A DNA stretch of 64,000 bases from positions 6,014,001 through 6,078,000 of the forward strand of contig NC_043011.1 in the NCBI RefSeq assembly GCF_006345805.1, in the 5' to 3' direction. The stretch comes from Octopus sinensis. Taxonomy: Eukaryota. Shown here one piece after another: positions 12,201-24,049 of this stretch (position 1 is its first letter; every line of letters begins with the position of its first letter). The notes beneath the pieces were generated by a model. It was not told where the DNA came from, did no database searches, and saw only the letters and a list, made by a program, of their open reading frames with translations. The translations under genes were made by a program, and so were the position numbers.

Positions 12201-13752
12201 TGACCTTGCTCTAATTGCTGAGTCGCTATCAGAACTGGAGGAGAAGTTCAGGTGTGGAAACAAGGATTAGAATCGAAGGGCCTCAGAGTCAATCTAGCTA
12301 AAACCAAAGTCAAATCAGTAGGAAGGTAGACAAATCACAAACACCTTCAGGTAGATGGCCCTGCTCGATCTGTAGAAAAGGTGTAGGTAGAAACTCTATA
12401 AGATGCACCAAGTGTAAGCTATGGACACATAAGAGATGCAGCAATGTCAAAGGAAGGCTAACTAGGAAGATGGTTTTTGTATGTGGCAGATGCTCAGGAA
12501 CAATAAACACTGAAAATGCTCTGAGACCAACTTCCGTCACTTTCCAGGGAGAAAAACTAGAAATAGTTGATAGTTTCCGTTACCTAGGTGACCAAGTCAG
12601 CAGCAGGGGCGGGTGTGCTGAAAGTGTAACTGCTAGAGTAAGAATAGCTTGGGCAAAGTTCAGAGAGCTCTTACCTCTACTGGTGACAAAAGGCCTCTCG
12701 CACAGAGTGAAAGGCAGACTGTATGATGCGTGTGTACGAACAGCCATGCTACATGGCAGTGAAACATGGGCCGTGACTGCTGAGGATATGCGTAAGCTCG
12801 CTAGAAATGAAGCCAGTATGCTCCGATGGATGTGTAATGCCGGTACTCACACTCGGCAGAGTGTAAGTACCTTGAGAGAAAAGCTGGACCTAAGAAGCAT
12901 CAGTTGTGGTGTGCAAGAGAGACGTTTGCGCTGGTATGGTCATGTGGCGAGAATGGATGAAGATAGTTGTGTGAAAAAGTGCCACACCCTAGCGGTTGAG
13001 GGAACCTGTGGAAGAGGCAGACCCAGGAAAACCTGGGACGAGGTGGTGTGAAGCACGACCTTCGAACTTTAGGTCTCACTGAGGAAATGACTAGAGACCG
13101 AGACCTCTGGAAGTGTGCTGTGCGCGAGAAGACCGGCAGGACAAGTGAGTCCATAACCCGTGGCCTTCTACATGGGATGGAGCCAGCCTACGTATGCATA
13201 CCTTCCTTCTTGGGACACAAAACTCTACTTGTGAAGACGTGATGAGGCAAGTGAGGATCAGAATCGAAATCGATCAATGGAAATTGCGGATGTGCTACCA
13301 GTGCGGTGGCATGTCAAAACTCTGCTTGTGAAGACCCGTTGAGGCAAGTGACGATCAGAATCGAAATCGATCAATGGAAATCGATCAATGGAAATTGCAG
13401 ATGTGTACCAGTGCCGGTGGCATGTAAGAGAACTTTCCGTTTCGCGACTGTTGCCAGCACCGCCCCATTTTGTCCGTTGCCAGCCTCGCTGGCCCTCGTG
13501 CCGGTGGCACATAAAAAGCACCATCCGTTCGTGGCCGTTTGCCAGCTCTGTCTGGCACCAGTGCGGGTGGCACGTAAAAAGCACCCACTACACTCACAGT
13601 GGTTGGCGTTAGGAAGGGCATCCAGCCGTAGAAACACTGCCAGATTTGACTGGGCCTGATGAAGCCTTCTGGCTTCACAGACCCCAGTAGAACCGTCCAA
13701 CCCATGCTAGCATGGAAAACGGACGCTAAACGATGATGATGATGATGATGAT
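9270..13752 (+). mobile_element. Near full-length RTE-clade LINE (APE endonuclease + RT), disrupted; 5' boundary approximate
   Basis: ATG 10047; LRVGTLNVGTL..DICCMQE, AGDFNGH, SQIDYIL (APE); KAPGPSG, NYRGIKLL, QFGFVPGKSTTDAIF, AFVDMEKAFDRVP, GVHQGSVLSP, LLYADDL, FRYLG (RT). Several frameshifts and a TGA near 12178. The 3' UTR ends in (GAT)n. Confidence 0.95.
9562..9856 (+). repeat. Three tandem monomers of about 97-100 bp upstream of the RTE ORF
   Basis: Units start at 9562, 9662 and 9759 (atacaaacccatttgctagctc...cacgcatgccggaagtt). Confidence 0.95.
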
Positions 13753-13769
13753 ATATATATATATATCTT

Positions 13770-14188
13770 TCTCTCTCTTTCTCTTTTACTTGTTTCAGTC
13801 ATTTGACTGAGGCCATGCTGGAGCACCGCCTTTAATCGAGCAAATCGACCCCGGGACTTATTCTTTGTAAGCTCAGTATTTATTCTATCGGTCTCTTTTG
13901 CCGAACCGCTAAGTGACAGGGACGTAAACACACCAGCATCGGTTGTCAGGTAATGCTAGAGAGACAAACACAGACACACAAACATATACACACGCATACA
14001 TATATATATATATATACATATATACAACAGGCTTCTTTCAGTTTCCGTCCACCAAATCCACTCACAAGGCATTGGTCGGCCCGAGGCTACAGCAGAAGAC
14101 ACTTGCCCAAGGTGCCACGCAGTGGGACTGAACCCGGAACCATGTGGTTGGTTAGCAAGCTACTTACCACACAGCCACTCCTGCGCCT
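13770..14188 (-). mobile_element. tRNA-headed SINE, family 1 (CORE-like central motif)
   Basis: Minus-strand head aggcgcaggagtggctgtgtggtaag (A box), ggttcagtccc (B box), ggcaccttgggcaagt; internal CA/TA microsatellite; tail cagtcaaatgactgaaacaagtaaaag. Confidence 0.85.
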
Positions 14189-14213
14189 ATATATATATAT
14201 ATATATATATATA

Positions 14214-14925
14214 TAAGTCTATTAAGTATATAATTTAAGTTATAGAATGAAGTTTGACAAATTCAACCATATTTTTCATAAATGGGGGAGACTACATGTT
14301 AATAAAGAAAATATTTTTTTACTGATTTCACTATATGATCGTTTCATATGGAAAGACAATAAATTTCTTTTAAGAATTTATTGTCTTTCTGTACAAAATG
14401 ATCATATAGTGAAATGAATGAAAAATATTTTATTCCCTATTAACATCTAAACTTCTCCATTTACGAAAAATATGATTGAATTTGTCAAACTTCGTTCTAT
14501 AACTTAGGAAAGCACTCCGTCGGTTACGACGACGAGGGTTCCGGTTGATCCGAATCAACGGAACAACCTGCTCGTGAAATTAACGTGTAAGTGGCTGAGC
14601 ACTCCACAGACACGTGTACCCTTAACGTAGTTCTCGGGGATATTCAGCGTGACACAGAGAGTGACAAGGCCGGCCCTTTGAAATACAGGTACAACAGAAA
14701 CAGGAAGTAAGAGTAAGAGAAAGTTGTGGTGAAAGAGTACAGCAGGGATCACCACCATCCCCTGCCAGAGCCTCGTGGAGCTTTTAGGTGTTTTTGCTCA
14801 ATAAACACTCACAACGCCCGGTCTGGGAATCGAAACCGCGATCCTACGACCGCGAGTCTGCTGCCCTAACCACTGGGCCATTGCGTGTCCACTCTATAAC
14901 TTAAACCATATACTTAATAGACTTA
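14214..14925. repeat. Foldback element (about 150-bp arms, almost no spacer) interrupted by a SINE
   Basis: taagtctattaagtat at 14214 pairs with atacttaatagactta ending at 14925. Centre gaaagacaataaatt-tcttttaag-aatttattgtctttc at 14351-14389. Confidence 0.85.
14507..14892 (-). mobile_element. tRNA-headed SINE, family 2, with 11-bp TSD
   Basis: Head tggcccagtggttagggcag..ggtttcgattcc. TSD tctataactta at 14496-14506 and 14893-14903. Confidence 0.92.
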
Positions 14926-15064
14926 TGTAACCTTTTATATCTATGCCAATTTACATCCGTAAATTCAAAGTAAAGCATGAAGAATCAATGTTAGAAATCT
15001 TTTGGAAACAACTCCAATTAAAGGACAACTCCACATTCAACCCTTTTCAAAAATATGTATATAT

Positions 15065-15165
15065 ACAACGTTAAAGACTTTTTCACTTCCCGAGCATTAT
15101 ACTAATACATCTGTTTGTTGTCTACACCACCTGTCTTCATCTTTTGGGTTTTTGTGAATTATCCC
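15065..15165 (+). mobile_element. 3' fragment of the hammerhead-bearing family of 22057-22571
   Basis: acgttaaagact...actaatacatctgtttgttg..caccacctgtcttcatctttt. Confidence 0.55.
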
Positions 15166-15201
<36 letters not shown>

Positions 15202-16468
15202 TATATATAATATATATATTATATATATACATATATATATATATTATACATATACGTATATTATACATATACGTATATATATATATATGCTAACATACAC
15301 ACACACACATATCTACGTATATATGTATATGCTAACTAATATATATATAATATATATTATATATATATATTATATATATATTATACATATACGTATATAT
15401 ATAGATATATATATGCTAACATACACACACACCACATATCTACGTATATATGTATATGCTAACTAATATATATATATAAATATGTATGTATGTATGTATG
15501 TATGTATGTGTGTGTATATATATATGACGATAACTATTAATATCCAGTACCACAGCTGTAGTCTCCTTTAGAGAGACTTAGAAATATTAATATTTCTATA
15601 TATATATATATAATTTAGCTTTAATCATAGCAAAGTTTTATAATAATAGTTAATTACAAGTATACTTTTGTTAGTTCCTACTTATAAATTTATTGTTTTT
15701 ATTAATTACTGCTAAGTTTACATTATAGCTTGTAAGGGTAAAAATATATTAATGAGTATGTAGTGTTTGTCTTATGAACTTTTGAATTAGGAAATAATGT
15801 ATTTCTCTCATAATTATAATAATTATTCATTAAATTCAATTGTGTTTGTTTTGTTTTGGAGAGAACAGAAATAAAGTTTTCACTTTTTTTTTATTGTAGT
15901 AGTAAATATGGAAGACCTGTGGGATTATTATTTGTATGGACTTAAAGATTGGTTGCTATTTAGTATATAATTTAGTTATTGTAGGCTTATCATTAATACC
16001 GATACAGATGTACAGAGATTTATGTGTTTTTTGTTGTAGTTTAATTTTAAAGTTAGTGGTTTAATCCTGCCTATATTTAAATTGAATGAATGTGGTTATT
16101 ACTTTTATACTATACTAAGGAAGATGGTAGGGAACATATATTTGTATGACTTAATGGATTGGTCACTGTTTAGTTACGTATTTAGGAGTTGGTTATCAAT
16201 TTACTTCCTGAATTTATTTTCTGATACTGTTGTACATACAGTAAATGTGTTTGAAAGTTGTGGTTTTTAGGGGGATTTTTTTTGTATGTTTGTTCCCAAA
16301 CAACACTTCTTTTTAGTGCTGTTGATACCACCAGATTGAATGGTACTGCCCAGGTGCCGAAACCATAATGATATCCGTGGGGCAGCTGATGATGGAAGTA
16401 TGCTGGATTGTTGGTATGGCTGTTTGTGTATATGTGGAATAGTGTTATAACATATCCTTTTGATATAT

Positions 16469-17172
16469 ATCATCATCATCATCATCGTTTAACGTCCGCT
16501 TTCCATGCTAGCATGGGTTGGACGGTTCAACTGGGGTCTGGCAAGCCCGAAGGCTGCACCAGGCCAGTCAGATCTGGCAGTGTTTCTACAGCTGGATGCC
16601 CTTCCTAACGCCAACCACTCCGAGAGTGTAGTGGGTGATTTTATGTGCCACCAACACAGGTGCCAGACGAGGCTGGCAGACGGCCACGCTCGGATGGTGT
16701 TTTTTATGTGCCACCGACACAGGTGCCAGACGAGGCTGGCAGACGGCCACGCTCGGATGGTGTTTTCTTATGTGCCACCAACACAGGTGCCAGACGAGGC
16801 TGGCGAACGGCCACAATCGGATGGTGTTTGTTACATGCCCACAGCACGGAGGCCAGTCGATGCGGTACTGGCTACGGTCACGTTCGGATGGTTTTCTTAT
16901 GTGCCACCGGCACTGGTACCACAAGGATACAAATTCCATTGATGTTCATCTATTTCGATTTGGTTTGATTTGATTTGATTTTTTTTTTTGATTTGATTTG
17001 ATTTTATTTGATTTTCACTTGCCTCAACAGGTCTTCACAAGTGTCACAAGAAGGAAGACATGCACAGGTGGACTGACTACGTCCCAGGTAGGGGCCACGG
17101 GTTATGGCTTCACTAGTCTTGCCGGGTCTTCTCATGCACAGCATACTTCCATAGGTCTCAGTCTCTAGTCAT
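16469..17172 (-). mobile_element. 5'-truncated RTE (end of ORF + 3' UTR with expanded subrepeats)
   Basis: Reverse complement of the RTE 3' end; about 4-5 copies of a roughly 52-bp gtgccacc..ggccac..tcggatgg unit. Confidence 0.9.
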
Positions 17173-17348
17173 ATATATATATATATATACAAAATGAGAA
17201 AATGGAGAAATATATCTAAATCAATCATCAACTATCAGATAATACCCAATCAATACTTTATTAAACCACTACACAATAGCAATGATATTATACATTAATA
17301 TAGTACAAATATAACAAGACATAGAAATAGAAATAGAAATACATTTAC

Positions 17349-17402
<54 letters not shown>

Positions 17403-17476
17403 TATATTATATATATATATACATATATATATATACATATATCTATATATATACTATATAGTATATACATTATATA

Positions 17477-17531
<55 letters not shown>

Positions 17532-17555
17532 CTATATATATATATATATATATAT

Positions 17556-17935
17556 TAAGGTAAGGCAAACATCTCCAGTCATATACAATATTATTACAGG
17601 AAGAAATTCAAAATCTTACAGCTGTCCTGGAATATCCTCGAGTATGGGATATTCTGTCATTAGGGACAAATTGGGGAAAAGTATATGTAAAATGAGAATG
17701 GTACATACCAATAAGCTGATAACATAGTGGAAAGGAGTAAAAAAATAAGGAATTACTTCCTCTATGCTGCCATCTTATTGGTATACACCATTCTCATTTT
17801 CCATTTACTTTTCCCCAATTTGTCCCTAATGACAGAATATCCCATACTCAGGGATGTCCCAGAAAGAGCTGTAAGATTTTCAATTTCTTCCTGCAATAAT
17901 ATTATATATGACTTGAGATGCTTGCCTTGCCTTAC
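17556..17935. repeat. Foldback (about 160-bp arms), each arm carrying a degenerate hammerhead-like motif
   Basis: Arms about 17556-17715 and 17774-17935. Right arm: CTAATGA-C-AGAATATCCC atactca GGGATGTCCC-A-GAAAG-AGCT-GTA at 17826-17873. Confidence 0.8.
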
Positions 17936-18178
17936 CATTTGATGTCCTGTTTACCAATTATATATCCGCTGCATCAGAAATCTGCAATGGCTCCATAACT
18001 ACCATCTCGGCTATAACCTTGGAGCCTTAGTAATCTGTTTTACAGCACTTAACCTGGAGTACCTAATCATTTAGATCACCTGTGAGCTAAACCCCCATAC
18101 TTTGTGTGTGTGTATATATATATGTACATAATATATATACATACATATACACATACATACACACACACACACACACAG

Positions 18179-18238
<60 letters not shown>

Positions 18239-18300
18239 GTACATAATATATATACATACATATATACATATATATATACACACACACACACATATATATA

Positions 18301-18531
18301 TATTTCTTTACTACCCACAAGGGGCTAAACACAGAGGGGACAAACAAGGACAGACAAAGGTATTAAGTCGATTATATCGACCCCAGTGTGTAACTGGTAC
18401 TTAATTTATCAACCCCGAAAGGATGAAAGGCAAAGTCGACCTCGGCGGAATTTGAACCCAGAACGTAACGGCAGACGAAATACGGCTACGCATTTCGCCC
18501 GGCGTGCTAACGTTTCTGCCAACTCGCCGCC
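18301..18531 (-). mobile_element. SINE family 3 (tRNA-like head + conserved central domain)
   Basis: Minus strand gcggcgagttggcagaaacgttag..gggttcaaattcc, then gtcgactttgcctttcatcctttcggggttgataaattaagtaccag. Confidence 0.85.
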
Positions 18532-18578
18532 ATATGTATATGTATGTGTTGTGTGTGTGTTGTGTGTGTGTGTGTGTG

Positions 18579-18619
<41 letters not shown>

Positions 18620-19689
18620 AGTATACATACATACCCATATGAATTTAGAACCAGCTACCTTCTGTAAACAAACTATGGCTTTAATGACTCTCTGATTCTT
18701 TGATCCAGCAGCACATCCAGAATGTTACAAGCAGAGGAGGGGGAAGAGAGAAAGAAAGGGAGAGAGAAAGAAAGAGAGGGAGAGAGAAGTGTTGAGAGAG
18801 AGTTGAGAGAGAGTTGAAGTGGAGCAACTGCCTTACCCATGGACACAATGTACTGCCTACTCGAGGAATTGAACTCACAACATTATGGTCACTTCCTGGG
18901 TATTTCAGACAGACTCCAAATAACAAAGTAACGACATTTTCATGATGGTAGAGCCAACCACAAACCATCGATCCAACCCTTTCTTGTCAAGTCTACAAAT
19001 CGTAATTCATCATTCTTGTCAATTTCACTAAATCTTGATCTGTCACTCTTGTCAAGTCTATAAATCATTGTCAATCACTTAACCATTATGTCACAGATTG
19101 ATAAACAAAAGAACTGACTGCATTTTGAAAAAGAAAATGAAAGACTCCTGGAACGACCAAGTCTGTTGGCCATTCTGCATTAGAGAAACCTTGATTCTCA
19201 CAAAGCCTTCTTTAAGAAGATATTTTCTCCCTAACGTCCCTCCCCTCCCCTTGCTAATATCAAAAATCTTATTCAATGTGTTGCTCCAGTTCTGCCGTTC
19301 CACTCAAATATAATAGAACTATTTCCACTTAAGTCAATCTAGCAACACAATTAAAGCTTTCTTTGACAAAAAAAAAAAAATTCAAAATTCATGCCAGCAC
19401 AGTTCTTGGTAAAAAAAATATCATAAACAAGTCTTTTGTGTCGGTAGTTTTCTTCCAAGAACGCCTCCACAATTCTGTGTTTTGAAACAACCATTCACAA
19501 AACTCTCTCTTTCTCTCCTCCTCTCTCTCTCTTTCTCCCTTTCTCTCTCTCTCTGCCCTCTCTCTCTCTCTCCCTCTCTCTCTCTTACTACCAAATAAAC
19601 TTTATTTCATCCTTTATCCAGGCTTTTAAACAAGTGGCGCTCATTCTTAAAAAACTTTTTGATAGAGATCCTGTTATAGCTTTTGGTAC

Positions 19690-19824
19690 GGCAGCAGTAG
19701 AAGTAGTAGTAGCAGCAGCGGTGATGGTAGTGGTAATAGTAGCAGTGGTGGTGCTGGTGGTGACTGTGGGTGGTGCTGGCAGCAGTAGCAGTAGCAGTAG
19801 CAGCAGCAAAAGCAGCAGTAGCAG

Positions 19825-19857
<33 letters not shown>

Positions 19858-19927
19858 GAGTAGCAGCAACAGCAGCAGCAGCAGCAGTGGTGGTGGTGGT
19901 GGTGGTGTGGTAGTAGTAGTAGTAGTT

Positions 19928-19962
<35 letters not shown>

Positions 19963-20060
19963 TGACTATTACTATAACAACAAAGACAATGATGATGATG
20001 ACAACGACAGACAACAATGATGATGATGACAATAACAAAGACGATGATGATGATGGTGAT
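19690..20060. repeat. Compound trinucleotide microsatellite (GCA/GTA/GGT/GAT)
   Basis: Direct inspection. Confidence 0.9.
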
Positions 20061-20063
20061 GTC

Positions 20064-20430
20064 TATGAGGGTGTCGAGTCTATAATCAGCTTAGACTGAA
20101 ATGACGTCCGTCACATTTGAAGCTGATCGAAGCAAACATTTGATGGACGTTTCTTTTATGACTGTCCAATATTTCATTGTGTGAGGTCAGTCCAATTTCT
20201 ACCAGTGTTTACAAATTAAGAAAACCTGCAGTTCACAATCAAAGGACAGTTGTAGATTTGAGGGAGAAGTAGCTGCTTTCTCAAGCTGTTCTTGGGACTC
20301 TGTTGAAGCTTGTTCACAGACTCGAGATGTCACTTCTTTTCAAAATGCTGTATGGAGCTTGTTAACTGCTACATTGACCACAATCAAGAAAGACTCCACA
20401 GAAGCTCCCTCACCAATTCATGTGATCCCT
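20064..20430 (+). mobile_element. Possible mariner 5' end remnant
   Basis: tatgagggtg..tataatc resembles a mariner TIR start; an EAPS-like codon run occurs at about 20401. Confidence 0.3.
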
Positions 20431-20450
20431 ATTGATAGACATTAGGGAGT

Positions 20451-20848
20451 TTACTCTTTACTCTTTTTACTTGTTTCAGTCATTTGACTGCGGCCATGCT
20501 GGAGCACTGCCTTTAGTCGAGCAACTCGACCCCGGGACTTATTCTTTGTAAGCCCAGTACTTATTCTATCAGTCTCTTTTTGCCGAACTGCTAAGTGACG
20601 GGGACGTAAACACACCAGCATCGGTTGTCAAGCAATGCTAGGGGGAACAAACACAGACACACATACATATATATATATATACATATATACGACAGGCTTC
20701 TTTCAGTTTCCGTCTACCAAATCCACTCACAAGGCATTGGTCGGCCCGGGGCTATAGCAAAAGACACTTGCCCAAGATGCCACGCAGTGGGACTGAACCC
20801 AGAACCATGTGGTTGGTAAGCAAGCTACTTACCACACAGCCACTCCTG
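20451..20848 (-). mobile_element. SINE family 1
   Basis: High similarity to 13770-14188. Confidence 0.9.
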
Positions 20849-21064
20849 TTTTTTGCAGGAAATCTGGCAATTACATTGAGCATAGTCTTATGACTATGTA
20901 GACTCATCCAACGCCCACCACCTACCTCAGGTTCATGAAGTCCTTATTTGTTAACTGAATATGGTCAAGAGACCTGAGAAGTTTCCCCACAAGTTTATAT
21001 GGCTCCCTATTTTAAAACCAGCAGAGAGATTGTTGAAGGGAGATCCAGCTGTCACATGGAATAA

Positions 21065-21413
21065 AGTCAAGTGCCTACATTGAAGCATATATATATAATT
21101 GTCACTCAACGTGACTACGGGTCTTAAGACACCTACATTGCTAGAAATAAGAGCTAAAATGCTCTAATATTGTAGTAAAGGCACATAATTGTATACATAT
21201 ATACTCACAGGGACTGCAATCACCCAAAACACAGAATCAAGAATTGGGCAGTTGTAGCCCCTGTGAACATATACATATGTATACATTTACGTGTTTTTCC
21301 TACAGCATTAGATCATTTTAGCTCTTATTTCTAGCTATGTGGGTGTCTTGACACCCGTATTTGCATTGAGCGACAATTATATTTTCCTTTATGGTAACAC
21401 ATTGCACTTGACT
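21065..21413. repeat. Foldback element (about 150-bp imperfect arms)
   Basis: agtcaagtgc/gcacttgact, ataattgtcactcaa/ttgagcgacaattat, gctagaaataagagctaaaatg/cattttagctcttatttctagc, cacagggactgca/tgtagcccctgtg. Confidence 0.85.
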
Positions 21414-21703
21414 GTTCATATTAGTCCGTATATATTGTTGTGACATGCGCCCCTAGGAGAGAAGTGGGCTGGTCCACTACTAGTAAATAGTGGACAGACT
21501 CAGTAAGTAGGGTCAGTGAGCAAGGTACGCTGTTTGAGCCAATCATGCAGACAACAAAGTTATGCAGGACATATAAGTGGCGGCGAGGATACCTTCCACT
21601 GTATAATGGTGTCGATATATCAGTGGTGATGACGATTCTTACACATGCATATCATATATATACATATATATGTATATATATATATAATATATATATATAT
21701 ATG

Positions 21704-21788
<85 letters not shown>

Positions 21789-21808
21789 TATATATGTATA
21801 TTTATATT

Positions 21809-21843
<35 letters not shown>

Positions 21844-21960
21844 ATGTATATACAAATATGTATATATATATATATATGTATATATATATGTACACATATA
21901 TATGTATATATATATATGTACACATATATATGTATATATATATATGTACACATATATATG

Positions 21961-22058
<98 letters not shown>

Positions 22059-22124
22059 TGAATCGTTAGCTCCTGCACGCATTTTTTTCTCTCCTTGTTT
22101 CTCTCCGTGTTTCTTTTCTGTGTA

Positions 22125-22162
22125 TCTTTCTGTTAAAGAGCGTAGGCTTGAAACATAAAAGA
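22125..22162 (+). ncRNA. Minimal hammerhead motif, degenerate copy
   Basis: TCTTT-CTGTTAA-A-GAGC gtag GCTT-GAAAC-ATA-AAAGA. Confidence 0.5.
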
Positions 22163-22291
22163 CTTGTTTTATTTCTATTCCTGAGCGCCATACTAATACA
22201 ATTGTTTGTTTGTACTCCACCTGCCTTCGTCTTTTGTTTATTTTCGTAAAGCTTCCCGTTATATATATATATATACATATGTGTGTGTGTA

Positions 22292-22323
<32 letters not shown>

Positions 22324-22435
22324 TATATATATATATATGTATGTATATATATGTATATATCGCCATGTTGATTCGCTAGCCTCTGCACGCATTTTTTTTC
22401 TCTCCGTGTTTTTCTCCATGTTTCTTTTCTGTGTA

Positions 22436-22473
22436 TCTTTCTGTTGAAGAGCGTAGGCTCGAAACGTAAAAGA
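22436..22473 (+). ncRNA. Minimal Type I hammerhead motif (A6>U core variant)
   Basis: TCTTT-CTGTTGA-A-GAGC gtag GCTC-GAAAC-GTA-AAAGA: perfect stems I and II, ACGT stem III, GUA triplet. Confidence 0.7.
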
Positions 22474-22603
22474 CTTGTTTTATTTCTATTCCTGAGCGCC
22501 ATACTAATACAATTGTTTGTTTGTATTCCACCTGCCTTCGTCTTTTGTTTATTTTCATAAAGCTTTCCGTTATATATATGTATATATATACATATATAAA
22601 TAT

Positions 22604-22778
22604 TTGAAAAAAGAAAAAGAATGACTTCACTGGTCATTCTAACCATTTTAATTTATTATTTTTAAATTTTTTAATAATATAAACTTTACACAAACTAAAG
22701 TGTAAAATTTATATTATTAAAAAATAATAAATTAAACTGATTAGAACCACCAGTGAAGTCATTGTTTTCTGTTTTCAA
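22604..22778. repeat. AT-rich foldback (about 80-bp arms)
   Basis: aatgacttcactgg/ccagtgaagtcatt; centre tttacac-aaactaaa-gtgtaaa. Confidence 0.85.
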
Positions 22779-22779
22779 G

Positions 22780-24012
22780 TGCAGCAATGTCAAAGGAAGG
22801 TAATATCAAAGGAAGGCTAACTGGGAAGATAGGTTTTGTATGTGGCAGATGCTCAGGAGCAATAAACACTGAAAATGTGCAGAGAACAGCTTCTGTTACA
22901 TGCCTGGGGGGAAAACTGGAAGTAGTTGATAGCTTCCATTACCTAGGTGACCAAGAGGGTGCACTGAAAGTGTAGCTGCTAGAATAAGAATAGCCTGGGC
23001 AAAGTTCAGAGAGCTCTTACCTCTGCTCTTACCCCTTACCTCTCACTCAGAGTAAAAGGTAGACTGTATGATACATGTGTATGAACAGCCATGCTACATG
23101 GCAGTGAAACTTGGGCTGTGACTGCTGAGGACATGATTAAGCTAACAAGGAAAGAAGCCAGTATGCTCCGCTGGATGTGCAATCTCAGCGTGCATACTTG
23201 ACAGAGTGTAGGTATCTTGAGAGAAAAGTTGGACCTAAGAAGCATCAGAAGTGATGTGCAAGAGAGACGACTGTGCTGGTATGGTCATGTGTTGTGTATG
23301 GATGAGGACAGCTGTGTGAAAAAGTGTCACACTCTAGCAGTTGAGGGAACCTGCGGAAGAGGTAGATCCAGGAAGACCTGGGATGAGGTGGTGAAGCATG
23401 ACCTTCAAACATTAGGTCTCACCGAGGCAATGACTAGTGACCGATCCCTTTGGAAATATGTAGCGCGTGAGAAGACCCAGCAAGCCCAAGTGAGACCTTA
23501 ACCATGGCCTATGCCAGGAGTGTAACAAGCCCACTTATATAATGCATACTTTCCTTCATTGGACACTAAACTCTGCTTGTGAAGACCTGTTGAGGCAAGT
23601 GAAATCGAAATCGAATCGTGACACCCATGCCAGTGGAGTGCTAAGAGCACCATCTGAGCATGATCATTGCCAGAGTAGCTGACTGGCTTCCATGCTGGTG
23701 GCATGTGAAAAAACATTTGAGTGAGGTCATTGCCAGTGCCACTGGACTGGCTCCTGTGCATGTGGCACATAAAAAACACCATTTGAGCATGGCCATTGCC
23801 AGTACCACCTGACTGGCCCTCGTGCCAGTGGCACATAAAAGCACCCACTACACTCTCGGAGTGGTTGGCGTTAGGAAGGACATCCAGCTGTAGAAACTCT
23901 GCCGGATCAGATTGGAGCCTGGTGCAGCCATCTGGTTCGCCAGCCCTCAGTCAAATTGTCCAGCCCATGCTAGCATGGAAAGCGGACATTAAACGATGAT
24001 GATGATGATGAT
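22780..24012 (+). mobile_element. 5'-truncated RTE LINE, diverged subfamily
   Basis: FVCGRCSG, YLGDQ, LYDTCV, QERRLCWYGHV, RGRSRKTWDEVV; 3' UTR and (GAT)n tail. Confidence 0.92.
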
Positions 24013-24049
24013 GTACCGAGGATCTCACACATTTTACAATTTATATATA

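Larger units (their letters stand above)
22057..22571 (+). mobile_element. Direct tandem dimer of a ~205-bp Penelope/retrozyme-like unit separated by TA/TG microsatellite
   Basis: Copies 22057-22260 and 22361-22571; period 311 bp at the hammerhead. Confidence 0.85.

Noticed and set aside
13630-13680. GAAAC...CTGATGAAGCC-ttct-GGCT in the RTE 3' UTR (also about 41120, 42683) as a hammerhead
   Set aside because: No GAAA after the hairpin, Type II pairing fails, and other copies read cctggtgcagcc.
14790-14892. tRNA genes (also 14110-14188, 24840-24915)
   Set aside because: A/B boxes are present, but there is no acceptor stem closure and they are fused to SINE bodies with TSDs.
16640-16910. CRISPR-like regularly spaced repeats
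   Set aside because: Eukaryotic RTE 3' UTR subrepeats; the intervening sequences are homologous rather than unique spacers, and there are no cas genes.
19091-19313. Overlapping 70-aa ORFs in unique sequence
   Set aside because: No recognisable motif or convincing splice context; cannot be supported.
19588-20038. Poly-Ser/Ala/Leu/Val ORFs
   Set aside because: Compound trinucleotide repeat open in several frames on both strands.
21545-22646. 302-aa and other YI-rich ORFs
   Set aside because: (TA)n plus the antisense of the tandem non-coding unit.
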